Source of the DNA: Escherichia coli
Lineage (GTDB): Bacteria > Pseudomonadota > Gammaproteobacteria > Enterobacterales > Enterobacteriaceae
Direction: 5' to 3' (one strand)
Length of the DNA stretch: 64,000 nucleotides
NCBI RefSeq assembly: GCF_001677475.2
Contig: NZ_CP015229.1
The translations under genes and the position numbers were made by a program. This document shows, in pieces, positions 31,723 to 48,059 of this stretch. The notes beneath the pieces are model-generated. The model was not told the origin of the DNA and did no database searches. It was given only the letters and a program-made list of their open reading frames with translations. How positions within the stretch are numbered: position 1 is the first letter of the stretch; every line of letters starts with the position of its first letter.

Positions 31723-32880
31723 TTAACGGGCTGGTGCTTTATCGTTCTCACGCTTAACAACCGGTTTACCAGAGAACAAAAACTTCAGTAATGGGATGCG
31801 TAAATGAATTTCATACAGAATTATCGCAATCCCTACTACGAATATCAGGCCACAGAGAAAACCAAGCCAGTTGGAGGTGATGTGCGGTGTAATGTACGCG
31901 CCGAAAAACAGAGTTAACGGGTGGTGAACCAGATAGATAAACAGCGATGCATTAACAAAGTAAGTCACCCGCGCTGACTGGAAGTTAAGCAAACGGTGGC
32001 CGAAGGAGAAGACCACATTCACCATCCACAGACCGAGGACCATGGTGATCACAGACTCGGTTTCGTACATCCAGGCATCGCCACTGCCATAGCGCTGGTT
32101 GAGTAAGTAAGCGACAAATGCCAATGCTGCTGCAAGGGTACAGCCACGAGACGGCGTGGTAAACAAGGCTTTAAGATGAGGGAAAATGAAAGCCAGTGCG
32201 CCGAGGATAAAGAACGGCAAATAAAATAGCGTTTGCATGACAATAAAATTGAACATGCCGTTACTCAGAATGGGCGGATACACAATAAAAATCGTTCTTC
32301 TTATTACCGCATAGCCGATGCCGAGGCACAAAAAAATCACCGATAGTTTTACCATCGAGAATTTTTTATTCGTTTTATCAGAATTTTCTAAATTATTTCT
32401 GATGCGTTTGAATATCCAGACGCACAGCGTCGTCATGACCACTAACACCAATAAAAACCACAGGTGCGATATTAATTCCCAGGCCAACGTATTATATTTG
32501 TCATACAATGACAGTCCAGGCCAACTTTCCGCTTTCCCTTTGACGTATTGCAGCATAATAAATTGCGGCAATGTCAGTAGGGGGATGGCTGTTAACATCG
32601 GGATCCCTACACGTTCGACACGTACTTTCCACCATTTTTTCAAGGGATAGCGTAAAAAAAGCATGTAGGAAAAGTACCCGGATATAACGAAAAATACCTG
32701 CATGCGGAACGAGTGGATGAAGTCATTAAAAAGGGTCAGCCATAATGACGGTTCGGCGCTATTCACATGCCATGTATGGCTTGAATAGATTAAAGAAATA
32801 TGAAAAGGGATCCCTAACAACATCAGCCAGGCGCGGATGGAGTCGAGGAAATATTCACGTTGCGCGGGTACTGGGTTCAT
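31723..32880 (-). CDS. opgC: Osmoregulated periplasmic glucan succinyltransferase
   Basis: 385-aa polytopic membrane protein at conserved position. Confidence 0.9.
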   Translation of the reverse strand: MNPVPAQREYFLDSIRAWLMLLGIPFHISLIYSSHTWHVNSAEPSLWLTLFNDFIHSFRMQVFFVISGYFSYMLFLRYPLKKWWKVRVERVGIPMLTAIPLLTLPQFIMLQYVKGKAESWPGLSLYDKYNTLAWELISHLWFLLVLVVMTTLCVWIFKRIRNNLENSDKTNKKFSMVKLSVIFLCLGIGYAVIRRTIFIVYPPILSNGMFNFIVMQTLFYLPFFILGALAFIFPHLKALFTTPSRGCTLAAALAFVAYLLNQRYGSGDAWMYETESVITMVLGLWMVNVVFSFGHRLLNFQSARVTYFVNASLFIYLVHHPLTLFFGAYITPHITSNWLGFLCGLIFVVGIAIILYEIHLRIPLLKFLFSGKPVVKRENDKAPAR

Positions 32881-33162
32881 ATATGGTTAACTAATCTCGG
32901 ATTTTTCGTCTTATCCCTGTCGGGTTATGCCTTTAGGCTTGTTGCCATAGCGACACCGATCTGACCACGCCAGGCGCAGGCTTCAAGGTTTTTATGCATA
33001 GCATCATCGCTACCACTAACCAGAATGGAAGCGTCTGTAAGACGGTTGATAAATAAATTTGCTGGCAAACCCTACACGAAGTCGATGCTTCTGTCTTTAG
33101 GAGAAGCACGGAAAGTGAAAACGGTTGCAATCAGGTGCTTAATCCATGAGCCAGCGTGCTGA

Positions 33163-37345
<4,183 letters not shown>

Positions 37346-37355
37346 AAACGTAGTT

Positions 37356-37454
<99 letters not shown>

Positions 37455-37474
37455 AAAAAACGAGCCAATAAAAA

Positions 37475-37500
37475 TACCGGCGTTATGCCGGTATTTTTTT
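37475..37500 (+). terminator. Rho-independent terminator downstream of opgH
   Basis: taccggcg-ttat-gccggta hairpin followed by T7. Confidence 0.7.
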
Positions 37501-37516
37501 ACGGAAGAGGTATCAA

Positions 37517-37744
37517 ATGCGTTTAATTGTGGTGAGCATCATGGTGACCTTGCTGAGTGGCTGTGGCAGCATTATTAGTCGCACTATACCGGGGCAGGGG
37601 CATGGCAACCAATATTATCCCGGTGTGCAATGGGATGTGCGTGACTCCGCCTGGCGTTATGTCACGATCCTTGATCTGCCATTCTCCCTGGTTTTTGATA
37701 CTTTACTGCTGCCGATCGACATTCATCATGGCCCGTATGAGTGA
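37517..37744 (+). CDS. yceK: Lipoprotein YceK
   Basis: 75 aa with lipobox LLSGC. Confidence 0.9.
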   Translation: MRLIVVSIMVTLLSGCGSIISRTIPGQGHGNQYYPGVQWDVRDSAWRYVTILDLPFSLVFDTLLLPIDIHHGPYE

Positions 37745-38119
37745 TTAACGTTCATCCCACTCATCAGCTGCTGCGCGTCCTTCCTCGGTATCCAGCGGTG
37801 GCTCAAGCTGAAATTCCCCCTCGTCCCATTCATGTAATGTATTCTCTTCTTGCCACTCCTGGCGGATCTCTATCTCATCATAGTCGCCGTCAAAGACACT
37901 TTGCGCGGCTTCACCGCTAAGCATAGGTAAACATTCACCTTCTTCCCCTTCGTCGGCAAAAAACTCAACTTGCCACATGATGTCGCCGTCCTGCAAAACG
38001 TATTTTTGGGCATTGAACTGTTGCACATTCGCGTCTTCGGCGTCGATGCCGGGGTTGTCTGCAAGAAATTCTTCGCGTGCAGCGTCAATGGCTTCTTCAA
38101 GCGTTGCGTACATGGTCAT
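37745..38119 (-). CDS. msyB: Acidic protein MsyB
   Basis: 124-aa highly acidic protein MTMYATLEEAIDAAREEF. Confidence 0.93.
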   Translation of the reverse strand: MTMYATLEEAIDAAREEFLADNPGIDAEDANVQQFNAQKYVLQDGDIMWQVEFFADEGEEGECLPMLSGEAAQSVFDGDYDEIEIRQEWQEENTLHEWDEGEFQLEPPLDTEEGRAAADEWDER

Positions 38120-38201
38120 CACGATTCTCCCTTTGAGTTGATGAGGTTTCAGGGAAAAGGATAGCTGATTCTCCGCTTTTGCAAGTATGAAAGGCGAAAA
38201 A

Positions 38202-39428
38202 TCAGTTCGATACCTGGGGTATTCGACGACGACGTAGACTGTTCCATGAATAGATTGCGTTGAATAACACTACGCCAGCGGTGACGAGAAATACCGCTCT
38301 GAAACCGTAGTTCGCTGAAATCGCTGCTCCCATCAATGGTCCGGTAACGTTGCCAATATCACGAAACGATTGGTTATAGCTGAAGATACGCCCGGCGATC
38401 TGGTTGCTCGAGTTATAAACTAACAGTGTCTGTACGGCGGGGAGTAGTGCACCATCGGCGGCACCGAGCAAAAAACGTAAAATCCCAAGTTGTAATGGCG
38501 TCTGAACGTAAGACATTGGGATCAACAGCAGTACAGAAAAGATCAGCGCCGTAATCAGGATCTTTTCGGGTCCGATTCGATCGCCAAGTTTGCCGAGTCG
38601 TGGTGCACTTAGCAGAGCCGCCACGCCTGGCACCGAGGCGATCATGCCACTGATAAAGGCGACGTTACTGACGTTACCCGCCAGTTCGCGGACATACAGC
38701 GTCAGAATGGGGGCAATTGAGCCCGTCGCCACCTGGATGATTAACGTGGTGACAAACAGGCTGAGTACCAGTTTCGGGTTTTTAAGTGATGTCACCACTT
38801 CCCGCATGTGCAGCATCTCTTTTTTGCTGACCGGCTGGAATTTTTCTCTGATGCAGAACAGGGTGACGAAAAAGCAGAGTATGAGCACACTGGCGGTAAT
38901 AAAGAATACCGGACGTAAGCCGTAGCTATCGGCGAGCAAACCGCCAGCCATTGGGCCGAGCAACGCGCCGCTAACGCCGCCTGTGGAGAGCGTACCCAGC
39001 GCCCAGCCGCTTTTATTACGCGGTACTTGTGTGGCGATAAGAGCATTAGCGTTGGGGACAAATCCGCCAAGTAAACCAAGAAGCGCCCGCAGGATCAAAA
39101 ACTGCCAGATATTTTGTGCCAGTCCCATCAACACCATCACGATGCCCATGCCGAGAGCAGAGCGTAATAGCATGAGTTTTCGGCCTTTACGGTCGGCGAG
39201 TCCACCCCAAAACGGTGAGGCGATGGCCGAAAATAAAAATGTAATGCTGAAGACAATACCGGACCACATATTCAGGGCGGAGTGGCCGGTAACGCCAAGC
39301 TGCTCAACGTAGAGGGGTAAGAAGGGCATTACCAGACTGAAGGCGGCACCGGTAAGAAAACAGCCTAGCCAGGCGACGATCAGGTTTCGTTTCCAGTTTA
39401 TAGGGGTGTCATTTTCACAGGGTGACAT
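38202..39428 (-). CDS. mdtG: MFS multidrug efflux transporter MdtG
   Basis: 408-aa MFS protein at conserved position. Confidence 0.93.
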   Translation of the reverse strand: MSPCENDTPINWKRNLIVAWLGCFLTGAAFSLVMPFLPLYVEQLGVTGHSALNMWSGIVFSITFLFSAIASPFWGGLADRKGRKLMLLRSALGMGIVMVLMGLAQNIWQFLILRALLGLLGGFVPNANALIATQVPRNKSGWALGTLSTGGVSGALLGPMAGGLLADSYGLRPVFFITASVLILCFFVTLFCIREKFQPVSKKEMLHMREVVTSLKNPKLVLSLFVTTLIIQVATGSIAPILTLYVRELAGNVSNVAFISGMIASVPGVAALLSAPRLGKLGDRIGPEKILITALIFSVLLLIPMSYVQTPLQLGILRFLLGAADGALLPAVQTLLVYNSSNQIAGRIFSYNQSFRDIGNVTGPLMGAAISANYGFRAVFLVTAGVVLFNAIYSWNSLRRRRIPQVSN

Positions 39429-39599
39429 AGCAATCCGCTGTTGGTGCGCCAGGCGCGGTGAACATAAGAAGAAAAGATAAGCACACTAATTATGCGCCCG
39501 ACTTCCAGGGGGCGCAATCCAGAGAGCTTTTATCGCTAAATCAGGGGGATTTGCTGTGGTAATGCCGGATGCCATTCTGAAGCATCCGGCATGGAAGAT

Positions 39600-40520
39600 T
39601 TAATAGCGTGAAGGAACGCCTTCCGGGCGTGTTTTAAAGCGACGGTGTAACCACATATACTGCTCTGGTGCCATCATGATGCATTTTTCGACCACTTTGT
39701 TCATCCACGCGGCGGTAGTTTCGGCATCATCCAGCGGCGGAGAACACTCTGGCGGCAGCATAATCAACTGATACCCTTTGCCATCTGGCTTACGGCGTGG
39801 AACAAAGGGCACCAGACATGCGCCGGACATCCGTGCCAGCATCCAGGTTCCGGTCGTGGTTGCAGCCTGCTCAACGGCAAACAACGGGACGAAAACGCTT
39901 GAGCGCGGGCCGTAATCATGATCCGGTGCGTACCAGACCACTTCGCCTTTTTTCAGGGCTTTAATCATGCCTTTTAAATCTTTGCGGTCGAGCATCGATT
40001 TATTTGAGCGCAAACGGCCCCAGGTTTGTAGCCAGTCAATCAGTGGATTATCGTTCGGGCGGTAAACGCCAATGCCCGGCTCCTGCATACCAAACTGCCG
40101 CGCACCCAGCTCCAGGGTCAGAAAATGGATGCCAACTAACAGGATGCCGCGTTTTTGCGCCTGCACGTCACGAATGTGTTCCATGCCGATCACTTCCGTC
40201 CAGCGGGCGATTCGGCGGTCCGGCCAGAACCACGCCATGCCGGTTTCCATCAGGCCCATGCCAACGGATTCGAAATTCTTCACCACCATTTTACGGCGTT
40301 CTTGTTCGCTCATTTCCGGGAAGCACAGTTCCAGGTTGCGATGCACAATTTTTGCGCGTCGTTTCATAAAACGTAACGCCAGTTTTCCTAATCCACAACC
40401 GAGGCGGTAGATAACCGGGTAGGGCAATTGCACGACCAACCAAAGTACGCCAATACCCAACCAGGTTAACCAATAACGCGGATGAAGCAGTGCGGTGGAG
40501 AACTTGGGTAGATTCGTCAT
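39600..40520 (-). CDS. lpxL: Lipid A biosynthesis lauroyltransferase
   Basis: 306 aa starting [17 protein letters not shown]. Confidence 0.93.
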
Positions 40521-40744
40521 ATCAATCCTGTTTTTCAACCTATACGGGCAATTGTATGTATTGTCGCATTTTTTCGTCCGCAACCAAAATTTGTGACTGA
40601 AGACTGGGCGAAATTGCCGCGCTTGTAAATAACAAATAATTTTTAATGCGCAAATGTAGCGTAAAATGTGTGGATGTTAATTATCGATAATTGCTATATC
40701 ATGCCGCGGATTTTTACTTTCCCATCTCGCAGGAACCGTACACC

Positions 40745-41797
40745 ATGCCAGTGTTACACAACCGCATTTCCAACGACGCGTTAAAAGCCAAAATGTTGGC
40801 TGAGAGCGAACCGCGAACCACCATTTCGTTTTATAAGTATTTCCACATTGCCGATCCTAAGGTGACCCGTGACGCTTTATATCAGCTGTTTACCGCGCTG
40901 AATGTTTTTGGGCGAGTGTATCTGGCGCATGAGGGCATTAACGCGCAAATCAGCGTACCTGCGAGCAATGTTGAAACATTTCGCGCGCAGCTCTATGTCT
41001 TCGACCCGGCGTTAGAGGGCTTACGCCTGAATATCGCGTTGGATGATGACGGGAAATCCTTCTGGGTACTGCGCATGAAGGTACGCGATCGCATTGTTGC
41101 CGACGGTATTGACGATCCTCACTTTGATGCCAGCAATGTTGGTGAGTATCTGCAAGCGGCGGAAGTGAACGCCATGCTTGACGATCCCGATGCACTATTT
41201 ATCGACATGCGTAACCACTATGAGTATGAAGTGGGGCACTTTGAAAACGCGCTGGAAATTCCGGCAGATACCTTCCGTGAGCAGCTGCCAAAAGCAGTCG
41301 AGATGATGCAGGCACATAAAGATAAAAAAATTGTGATGTACTGCACCGGCGGCATTCGTTGTGAAAAGGCCAGTGCCTGGATGAAACATAACGGATTCAA
41401 CAAAGTCTGGCATATCGAGGGCGGAATTATTGAATACGCCCGTAAGGCGCGCGAGCAGGGCTTGCCGGTGCGTTTTATTGGCAAAAATTTTGTTTTTGAC
41501 GAGCGGATGGGCGAACGTATATCTGATGAGATTATCGCGCATTGCCACCAGTGCGGTGCGCCGTGCGACAGCCATACCAACTGTAAAAATGATGGCTGCC
41601 ACCTGCTGTTTATTCAGTGTCCAGTATGCGCGGAAAAATACAAAGGTTGTTGTAGTGAAATTTGCTGCGAAGAAAGCGCGTTACCGCCAGAAGAACAGCG
41701 ACGCCGTCGGGCAGGACGTGAAAATGGCAATAAGATCTTTAATAAGTCTCGTGGACGTCTGAATACAACACTGGGCATTCCTGATCCAACAGAATAA
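40745..41797 (+). CDS. trhO: Rhodanese-domain tRNA uridine(34) hydroxylase YceA/TrhO
   Basis: 350 aa starting [17 protein letters not shown]; rhodanese CTGGIRCE motif. Confidence 0.9.
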   Translation: MPVLHNRISNDALKAKMLAESEPRTTISFYKYFHIADPKVTRDALYQLFTALNVFGRVYLAHEGINAQISVPASNVETFRAQLYVFDPALEGLRLNIALDDDGKSFWVLRMKVRDRIVADGIDDPHFDASNVGEYLQAAEVNAMLDDPDALFIDMRNHYEYEVGHFENALEIPADTFREQLPKAVEMMQAHKDKKIVMYCTGGIRCEKASAWMKHNGFNKVWHIEGGIIEYARKAREQGLPVRFIGKNFVFDERMGERISDEIIAHCHQCGAPCDSHTNCKNDGCHLLFIQCPVCAEKYKGCCSEICCEESALPPEEQRRRRAGRENGNKIFNKSRGRLNTTLGIPDPTE

Positions 41798-41803
41798 ATA
41801 TCA

Positions 41804-41828
41804 TTGCCGGATGCGTGCCATCCGGCAA
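41804..41828. terminator. Hairpin (ttgccggatg / catccggcaa) between convergent yceA and yceI; putative bidirectional terminator
   Basis: 10-bp perfect stem seen in sequence; no strong T-run. Confidence 0.4.
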
Positions 41829-41838
41829 CATTTCACTC

Positions 41839-42414
41839 TTACTTCTGCTGTACGCCTTCCACTGAAATAATCAGATCCACTTCCTGAGAAGCTGGACCTA
41901 AATCTGTCTTGATATTGAAGTCTTTGAGCTTAATTTTGCCTTCGGCCTCAAAGCCTGCACGTTTACCGCCCCACGGGTCGTCGCCCTGACCAATTAATTT
42001 CGCTTCCAGCGTGACGGGTTTGGTTACGCCATTCAGCGTCAGATCGCCGGTAATATCCAGTTCGTCACCGTCTTTCTTCACGCTGGTGGAGGTGAATGTT
42101 GCCTGTGGATATTTTGCGGTATTGAGAAAATCCGCACTGCGAAGATGTTTATCGCGTTCGGCGTGGTTAGTATCGACGCTGGTGGTGTTAATTGTCACAT
42201 TCACTTTATCGGCAGCTGGATTTTTTTCATCAAAGGTAAAAGTACCGTCGAAATCTTTAAAGGTGCCATATAACCAGCTATAGCCAAGATGCTGGATGCG
42301 GAAGTTAACAAAGGCGTGCTGACCTTCTTTGTCAATTTTGTAATCGGCGGCAACCGCTGAACCGGCAGAGAACATCAGGGACGCGAAGGTTAAACTAAGC
42401 AGGCTTTTTTTCAT
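41839..42414 (-). CDS. yceI: Periplasmic polyisoprenoid-binding protein YceI
   Basis: 191 aa with signal peptide; conserved position. Confidence 0.93.
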   Translation of the reverse strand: MKKSLLSLTFASLMFSAGSAVAADYKIDKEGQHAFVNFRIQHLGYSWLYGTFKDFDGTFTFDEKNPAADKVNVTINTTSVDTNHAERDKHLRSADFLNTAKYPQATFTSTSVKKDGDELDITGDLTLNGVTKPVTLEAKLIGQGDDPWGGKRAGFEAEGKIKLKDFNIKTDLGPASQEVDLIISVEGVQQK

Positions 42415-42417
42415 TTT

Positions 42418-42984
42418 TTATACTCCATAGTCAGATGACGACTTTCCCAGCATGCGCTTCAGAGTGTCGTCTTTATCGATGAAATGATGCTTCAGGGCCA
42501 TAAATCCGTGCATAACAGACAGTACTACGACGCTCCACGCGAGCCAAAAATGCATGGCACCGGCAAAGTCTGCCTGTGCGCCAGCGTCGGCAAGGGTCGC
42601 GGGGACGTCAAACCAGCCAAAAACGCTGATCGGTTTACCATCGGCAGTTGAGATCAGATAGCCGCTGATGCCGATGGCGAACAGCAATAGGTACAATGCG
42701 AGATGTCCAGCTTTCGCGGCAAGACGAGTCATGGGCGAATAACTCGGCAGCGGACCCGGCGGTGGAGATATGACATGCCACAGAACGCGAATAACCAGCC
42801 CCATCATTAACAAAATACCGATGCTTTTATGCAGTTCGGGTGCTTTGTGATACCAGCCATCGTAATAACTGAGAGTGACCATCCACAGACCTAAAGCAAA
42901 CATGCCGTAGACAATAATTGCGCTTAGCCAATGGAAGGCCGCAGATATAACACCATAGCGTTCAGGGGTATTTGTGAATGACAT
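42418..42984 (-). CDS. yceJ: Cytochrome b561 homolog YceJ
   Basis: 188-aa membrane protein starting MSFTNTPERYGV. Confidence 0.9.
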   Translation of the reverse strand: MSFTNTPERYGVISAAFHWLSAIIVYGMFALGLWMVTLSYYDGWYHKAPELHKSIGILLMMGLVIRVLWHVISPPPGPLPSYSPMTRLAAKAGHLALYLLLFAIGISGYLISTADGKPISVFGWFDVPATLADAGAQADFAGAMHFWLAWSVVVLSVMHGFMALKHHFIDKDDTLKRMLGKSSSDYGV

Positions 42985-43245
42985 AAGTGCATCCAAAACG
43001 AATTTGCGAGAGAAAGAAAATGGCGTGTCGGAGAATGAATTGCAACACAAAAATAACAAATTGAATGATATTTATTTTTATTTCAATAATTTTGAATTAA
43101 TAATGAAAGAATCTTCATAAGTTTAGTGGGTTCAGCATCAGAGATGTCTGGTGAGTGCTGTAGAAGCAGGAAGAATCTCATTCAATTTTTCACGCTAAAT
43201 GAAAGGGAGATTAAATATTTGTCAGTTTATGTCAGTGCGGAAAGA

Positions 43246-43359
43246 CTAAAAATAAAACACGTAGATCAGGTCCATAATTGCCAATAGTCCCCAGAGAAAA
43301 AGATAAAGCATCAGATGCTCGCGAATATTATTGATGAGATAGTGCAACAGCCGACGCAT
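43246..43359 (-). CDS. yceO: Small membrane protein YceO
   Basis: Reverse-strand translation [37 protein letters not shown]; not in supplied ORF track (too short). Confidence 0.6.
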
Positions 43360-43406
43360 TAAATACTCCTGTAAAAACGGCCTCATTCTGGAGGCCGTAA
43401 TGATGA

Positions 43407-44525
43407 TTATTGGAAGCGGGAAAGCCTGAATGGCGTTAAATCAAAATCGCTTTTTTTGTCTTGCGCAAAATCGGCAGCTATTTCCCCTAAAACTGACGCA
43501 AATTTAAAACCGTGCCCACTCAGGCCGGTAATGAGCAGTGTATTATCGTGGCCGGGTAGGGTATCGATAATAAAATCTTCGTCAGGCGAATTATCATAGG
43601 TGCAGGCAGCGCCGTACAGGCAGCAACCGATACCCGGCAATACATTGCGCAAGAACGGGAAGGCTTCTGACCCATCACTGGCCACTTCCGCAAACGGAAC
43701 ACGTTCATCCGCTGAATGGATAACCTGGCCTCCGTTATGTTTGCCAATCTTCAACGCGTCGTTTTCTGCCGGAAAACCATAATATTGATCGCCATTGGGC
43801 AGTTCACCGGTAAACGCCGGGAATTTATTCTTCACGCTATAGCGGCCATCGGCCTGATACCAGGCAAATACTTTACGTACGGGCTGGACAGGCAGCTCCG
43901 GGAGCAGGTCTTTTACCCATGTTCCCGCGCAGACAATCGCTTTTTTCGCCTGATACTCACCGTCAGCTGTTTCAATAGTTACGCCATCATCGCCATGACG
44001 AATTGCGGTGACCGGGCAGTTGAACAGTTGCGCACAGCCCGCTTCCTTCGCCAGTTGGATCCAGGTTTTAATCGCCAGTTCGCTGCGCAAAAAACCGGAA
44101 TCAGTCTCAAATAAGCCGATGTAGTTGTCCGGGACGCGTATTTCTGGCCAGCGGGCCATAATCCCTTGCGCATCGAGCTTTTCAACGTTGAGTTGCCACT
44201 GTTCGGCGCTGTGGGCGACGTTGGCGAGAAATGCGGAGTCAGCCGGGCCGAGGTTAATGACACCAGAGCGTACAAAAATGGGATCATCTTCGTTGTGGCG
44301 GGAGAGATCATCCCACAGTGTTTGCGCGCGGAGGACCAGCGGGACATACTTTTCGCCTTCACCATAAGCATGGCGAATTAATCGCGTATCGCCGTGGTGG
44401 CTGCCGTGTTGATGCGGTGGCATATGGGCGTCGGTCATTAGCACGTTTAAACCGGCGCGGGTTGCATAATACCCGGCGGCAGCGCCTACGGAACCGCTGC
44501 CAATAATGATGAGATCGTATTTCAT
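43407..44525 (-). CDS. solA: N-methyl-L-tryptophan oxidase
   Basis: 372 aa; N-terminal FAD motif [15 protein letters not shown]. Confidence 0.93.
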
Positions 44526-44639
44526 TTTTTTCTCTCTGCTCTCATGGTTTAAGCAGAGTAATTAACTGAATGCAGATATACAACCCAGAAATGGTAAAGG
44601 CACCGGTGAGGTGCCTTTTGGGTGGATGGTCATGTCATG

Positions 44640-44894
44640 TTAATGACGCCGATACTCGTTTACCTGGAAATCACCGGATTCAATTTTGGCGATTCCTGCT
44701 TCTAATATCGAAATAAATTGTCTGGCAACATCAGTGGTTAACCAGAGCGTTTGACCAACTTCAGTCCCTTCCTGCTCGGACTTATTTGGGGTCTGGTAGT
44801 GCAAACGCAACATCAGCGCATCATAGCTATCAACGGTGCTGATGTCCCACCCTACGAGCGGATGAGTCTGAATGACTTCATTATTTTTTTCCAT
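44640..44894 (-). CDS. bssS: Biofilm regulator BssS
   Basis: 84 aa MEKNNEVIQTHPLVGW. Confidence 0.9.
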   Translation of the reverse strand: MEKNNEVIQTHPLVGWDISTVDSYDALMLRLHYQTPNKSEQEGTEVGQTLWLTTDVARQFISILEAGIAKIESGDFQVNEYRRH

Positions 44895-45183
44895 CATGGC
44901 CCCCTAATTCGTGTTACTAGACAACGTTATTCGAGGTTCAATGCGTTTTTATCTGAAGCAACTTCAGTATACCAATAAGTAAGGGTATTCACCGAATTTT
45001 TAAAGGGGGAAACAGATAAATTTTTGCTTTTAAGATTTATATGAACAATAAAACAGCATGTCATTCATATTTTTTTAGCATATTGTGCAATTATTTTGAG
45101 GAAGTGTAGAAATTTTGTGCTCGAAATTTGTAAGTAAAATAAAAAAGCCGGGGCGACCCGGCAAAAACAAAAATCACTGCGTA

Positions 45184-45429
45184 TTATTCGCTGACAAACC
45201 AGTCATCGGCGCTTTCCCACGTTTCCTGGAGAATTTCGCTAATGCGCTGTTTATCTTCTTTTGTCGCGCCAATAACCGATAAATTATTCGCTGCGGCATA
45301 ACGTACCGATACGTGGCCTTCATTGTCAGGAAACGCATACTGAATACGGCGGGAAAGTTCGCCAGCCAGGGCGTCAATAGCCCCAGCTGGCAATGGAGAA
45401 GTTTTCGCTATGGTGACTTCAATTCGCAT
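45184..45429 (-). CDS. dinI: DNA damage-inducible protein I
   Basis: 81 aa MRIEVTIAKTSPLPAGAIDALAGELSRRIQYAF... Confidence 0.93.
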   Translation of the reverse strand: MRIEVTIAKTSPLPAGAIDALAGELSRRIQYAFPDNEGHVSVRYAAANNLSVIGATKEDKQRISEILQETWESADDWFVSE

Positions 45430-45450
45430 AATAGCCCCCTGTTGAATATA

Positions 45451-45466
45451 CTGGTTATTTATACAG
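45451..45466. promoter_or_regulatory. LexA (SOS) box upstream of dinI
   Basis: CTGGTTATTTATACAG fits palindromic CTG-N10-CAG, located about 20 bp upstream of dinI start. Confidence 0.7.
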
Positions 45467-45502
45467 GTAAAATAACCTAATGACAACAGGAAGCTACGAT
45501 TT

Positions 45503-46549
45503 TTATTGTTTAACGGACCAGCGTACCGTTTCCCCGGCGAGGAATGGCACCAGTGTGTCATCAGTCAGTGCGATGCTTTCAGCAACCTGTTGCTCTTCAC
45601 GTACCAGTTCGATGAATGTGTCGTTGACCGGCAACCCATAGAACTGCGGGCCGTTTACAGAACAGAATGCTTCAAAGTGCTGCAAAGCATTCATCTCTTC
45701 AAAGACGGTAGCGTAACTGCCCAGCGCGGTTGGGGCGTTGAAGCAGCCCGCGCAGCCGCAACTGCTCTCTTTGCGATGACGTGCATGTGGCGCAGAATCC
45801 GTACCGAGGAATACTCGATTAAAACCGCTGGCGACCAGTTCACGCAATGCCTGTTGGTGAATATTGCGTTTGAGGATGGGTAAACAATACAGGTGCGGAC
45901 GCACGCCACCAACCAGCATATGGTTGCGGTTAAACATCAGATGCTGCGGAGTGATGGTGGCAGCCAGCCGTTCATTTCCGTCACGGACATAGTCGGCAGC
46001 ATCTTTGGTGGTGATGTGCTCAAAAACGACTTTCAGCGCAGTCAGGCGCTGGCGCAGCGGTTCCATCACGCTTTCTATAAAACGCGCTTCACGATCAAAA
46101 ATGTCGATATCTGCATGTGTCACTTCACCATGCACCAGTAGCGGCATACCGATTTTTTCCATGCGCTCAAGTACCGGCATGATTGCGTCAATTGACGTCA
46201 CGCCGTGGCTGGAGTTAGTGGTTGCGTTTGCCGGGTAAAGTTTTGCAGCGGTGAACACGCCTTCGTTAAATCCGCGCTCCAGCTCATTAGGATCCAGCGA
46301 ATCTGTTAAATAACAGGTCATCAATGGGGTGAAATCGTGCCCGGCAGGTACGGCGTCAAGAATACGCTGGCGATACGCCACGGCAGCCTCAACAGTGGTC
46401 ACGGGCGGAGCCAGATTGGGCATTACGATAGCCCGTCCATAAATTTCGCTGGTATATGGCACGACAGTTTTTAACATGTCGCCATCGCGGAGGTGAAGGT
46501 GCCAGTCATCTGGGCGGCGGATCTTTAATACCTGGGATGGTGCAGTCAT
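45503..46549 (-). CDS. pyrC: Dihydroorotase
   Basis: 348 aa; [23 protein letters not shown]. Confidence 0.95.
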
Positions 46550-46654
46550 TAATCTCTATGCTCCGGCTGAAGGGATGTTTTTGCCGGACACAAAGGATAA
46601 GCGGAAACGTTTTCCTTTGCACGAAAAATAAAGGGCGCGAATGCGCCCTCGTGA

Positions 46655-47215
46655 TTAATCAGTAAACGGAATGACAATTTCGCCTGGCTTCACTTCAATG
46701 CCTTTCGCCAGTTTCTTCGCCATTGCTTCGCCCTGGCTGCCATCTTCGCGCAGGACGTAAGCTGGTTGCTGGTTAAAGTAATTGCGTAATGCCTGGTTCA
46801 AATAGGGGAGCAACGTTTGCATCACCGTTTGCATTTTTTCCGGTTGTACCGTCGCATCGACCACTTCCATCTCTTTCAGGAAGATCGCACCTTTTTCTTT
46901 ATCAAACACGGGCAGCGCTTTCAGCTTCAGTTTCATGGTCGCTTTCTGGCTACCGAACAGGGAGTTCATGTCCAGATTGGCGTCTCCGGTTAGGGTAACC
47001 TTATTCGGCTCTTCGCGACCAATTTGGCTGGTCAGGTTTGTCAGAACAATATGGGCGTCAGCCACGCCGGGTAAACCGATATCTTTTGAGAAATTATTAT
47101 GTTTCGCAAGCGACTGGTTAATTTCTTGTTCGGTGATGGTGTATTGGGTGAGTTGATTACAGCCAACGAGCAGGCCACTGACGATCAATGCAGCGGCAAA
47201 TAAAAACTTGTTCAT
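46655..47215 (-). CDS. yceB: Lipoprotein YceB
   Basis: 186 aa; MNKFLFAAALIVSGLLVGC lipobox. Confidence 0.9.
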   Translation of the reverse strand: MNKFLFAAALIVSGLLVGCNQLTQYTITEQEINQSLAKHNNFSKDIGLPGVADAHIVLTNLTSQIGREEPNKVTLTGDANLDMNSLFGSQKATMKLKLKALPVFDKEKGAIFLKEMEVVDATVQPEKMQTVMQTLLPYLNQALRNYFNQQPAYVLREDGSQGEAMAKKLAKGIEVKPGEIVIPFTD

Positions 47216-47348
47216 GGTAGTCCTCGACATGAAATCTGCGTCAATATCCTGACACAACGCAGCATGTGTCACCAGCGATAAACGCGCCAGCAGAAAAAAC
47301 TGAAAACGGCGGCAACCCGCGAATACAGGCTGCCGCGGCGGGTCAGGA

Positions 47349-47996
47349 TTAAATCGCCATTGATGATAACAAATTGATTTGTGTCTGTTTCGCCATATTA
47401 TCGCGGTAATCAGCAACGCGGCTTGGCCAGTTGATTCCGGCTACCAGCGTCAGATTACGCAGCAGCGGAAATAGCTGAATATCATCTTCCGAAAGTTCGC
47501 CATTCACGGCGTTCGGTTTGACGATCAGTTTGTCCAGCGCACGTAAATCATCGCTGATATTCTTAATCAGACCGTCAGAGTGGGCCAGCAGGTCGGCAAA
47601 ATTACCCGCGCTGGCCTCTTTCTTGTCGACGAAATATTTGCGCGCGGCGGGAGTAGAAAACTCATCAAATGCCGATTTGGCAAAACGAGGCAACAGCAGT
47701 TTGTTGGCGTAGCCATTGACCTTGCGCAGCCACTCTTCAATGGCAGGGGAACGTTTGCCGGTCAGTAACGGTTTGCCGTCGAGTTTATCGACATAGTGAA
47801 CGATGTCCATGCTTTCTGGCATATAGCGGCTGTCATCTTTTTGCAGAATGGGAACCTGTTTTTGACCGACCATCCGGGTGGGTGTTTCTGCGTCGTCGTT
47901 GAGCAGAACATGTAATTCGACGGGGATATTTTTCAGGCCGAAAATCATGCGGGCTTTGAGGCAGTAAGGGCAGTGATCGTAAATGTATAGCTTCAC
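47349..47996 (-). CDS. grxB: Glutaredoxin 2
   Basis: 215 aa; MKLYIYDHCPYCLKARMIFGLK with CPYC active site. Confidence 0.95.
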   Translation of the reverse strand: MKLYIYDHCPYCLKARMIFGLKNIPVELHVLLNDDAETPTRMVGQKQVPILQKDDSRYMPESMDIVHYVDKLDGKPLLTGKRSPAIEEWLRKVNGYANKLLLPRFAKSAFDEFSTPAARKYFVDKKEASAGNFADLLAHSDGLIKNISDDLRALDKLIVKPNAVNGELSEDDIQLFPLLRNLTLVAGINWPSRVADYRDNMAKQTQINLLSSMAI

Positions 47997-48059
47997 GTGA
48001 CTCCTCCATTTGGCTGTCAGTTCACTTTCAGTATGGAGGAGTCAGGGGGGAGTATCAAA

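Noticed and set aside
32933-33130. 65-aa minus-strand ORF in the opgC-opgG intergenic region
   Set aside because: No recognisable features; region is the known divergent promoter interval between opgC and opgGH.
39557-39590. Inverted repeat gccggatgc...gcatccggc downstream of lpxL
   Set aside because: Likely a terminator or REP-like hairpin, but no adjacent T-run on the relevant strand; left unannotated.
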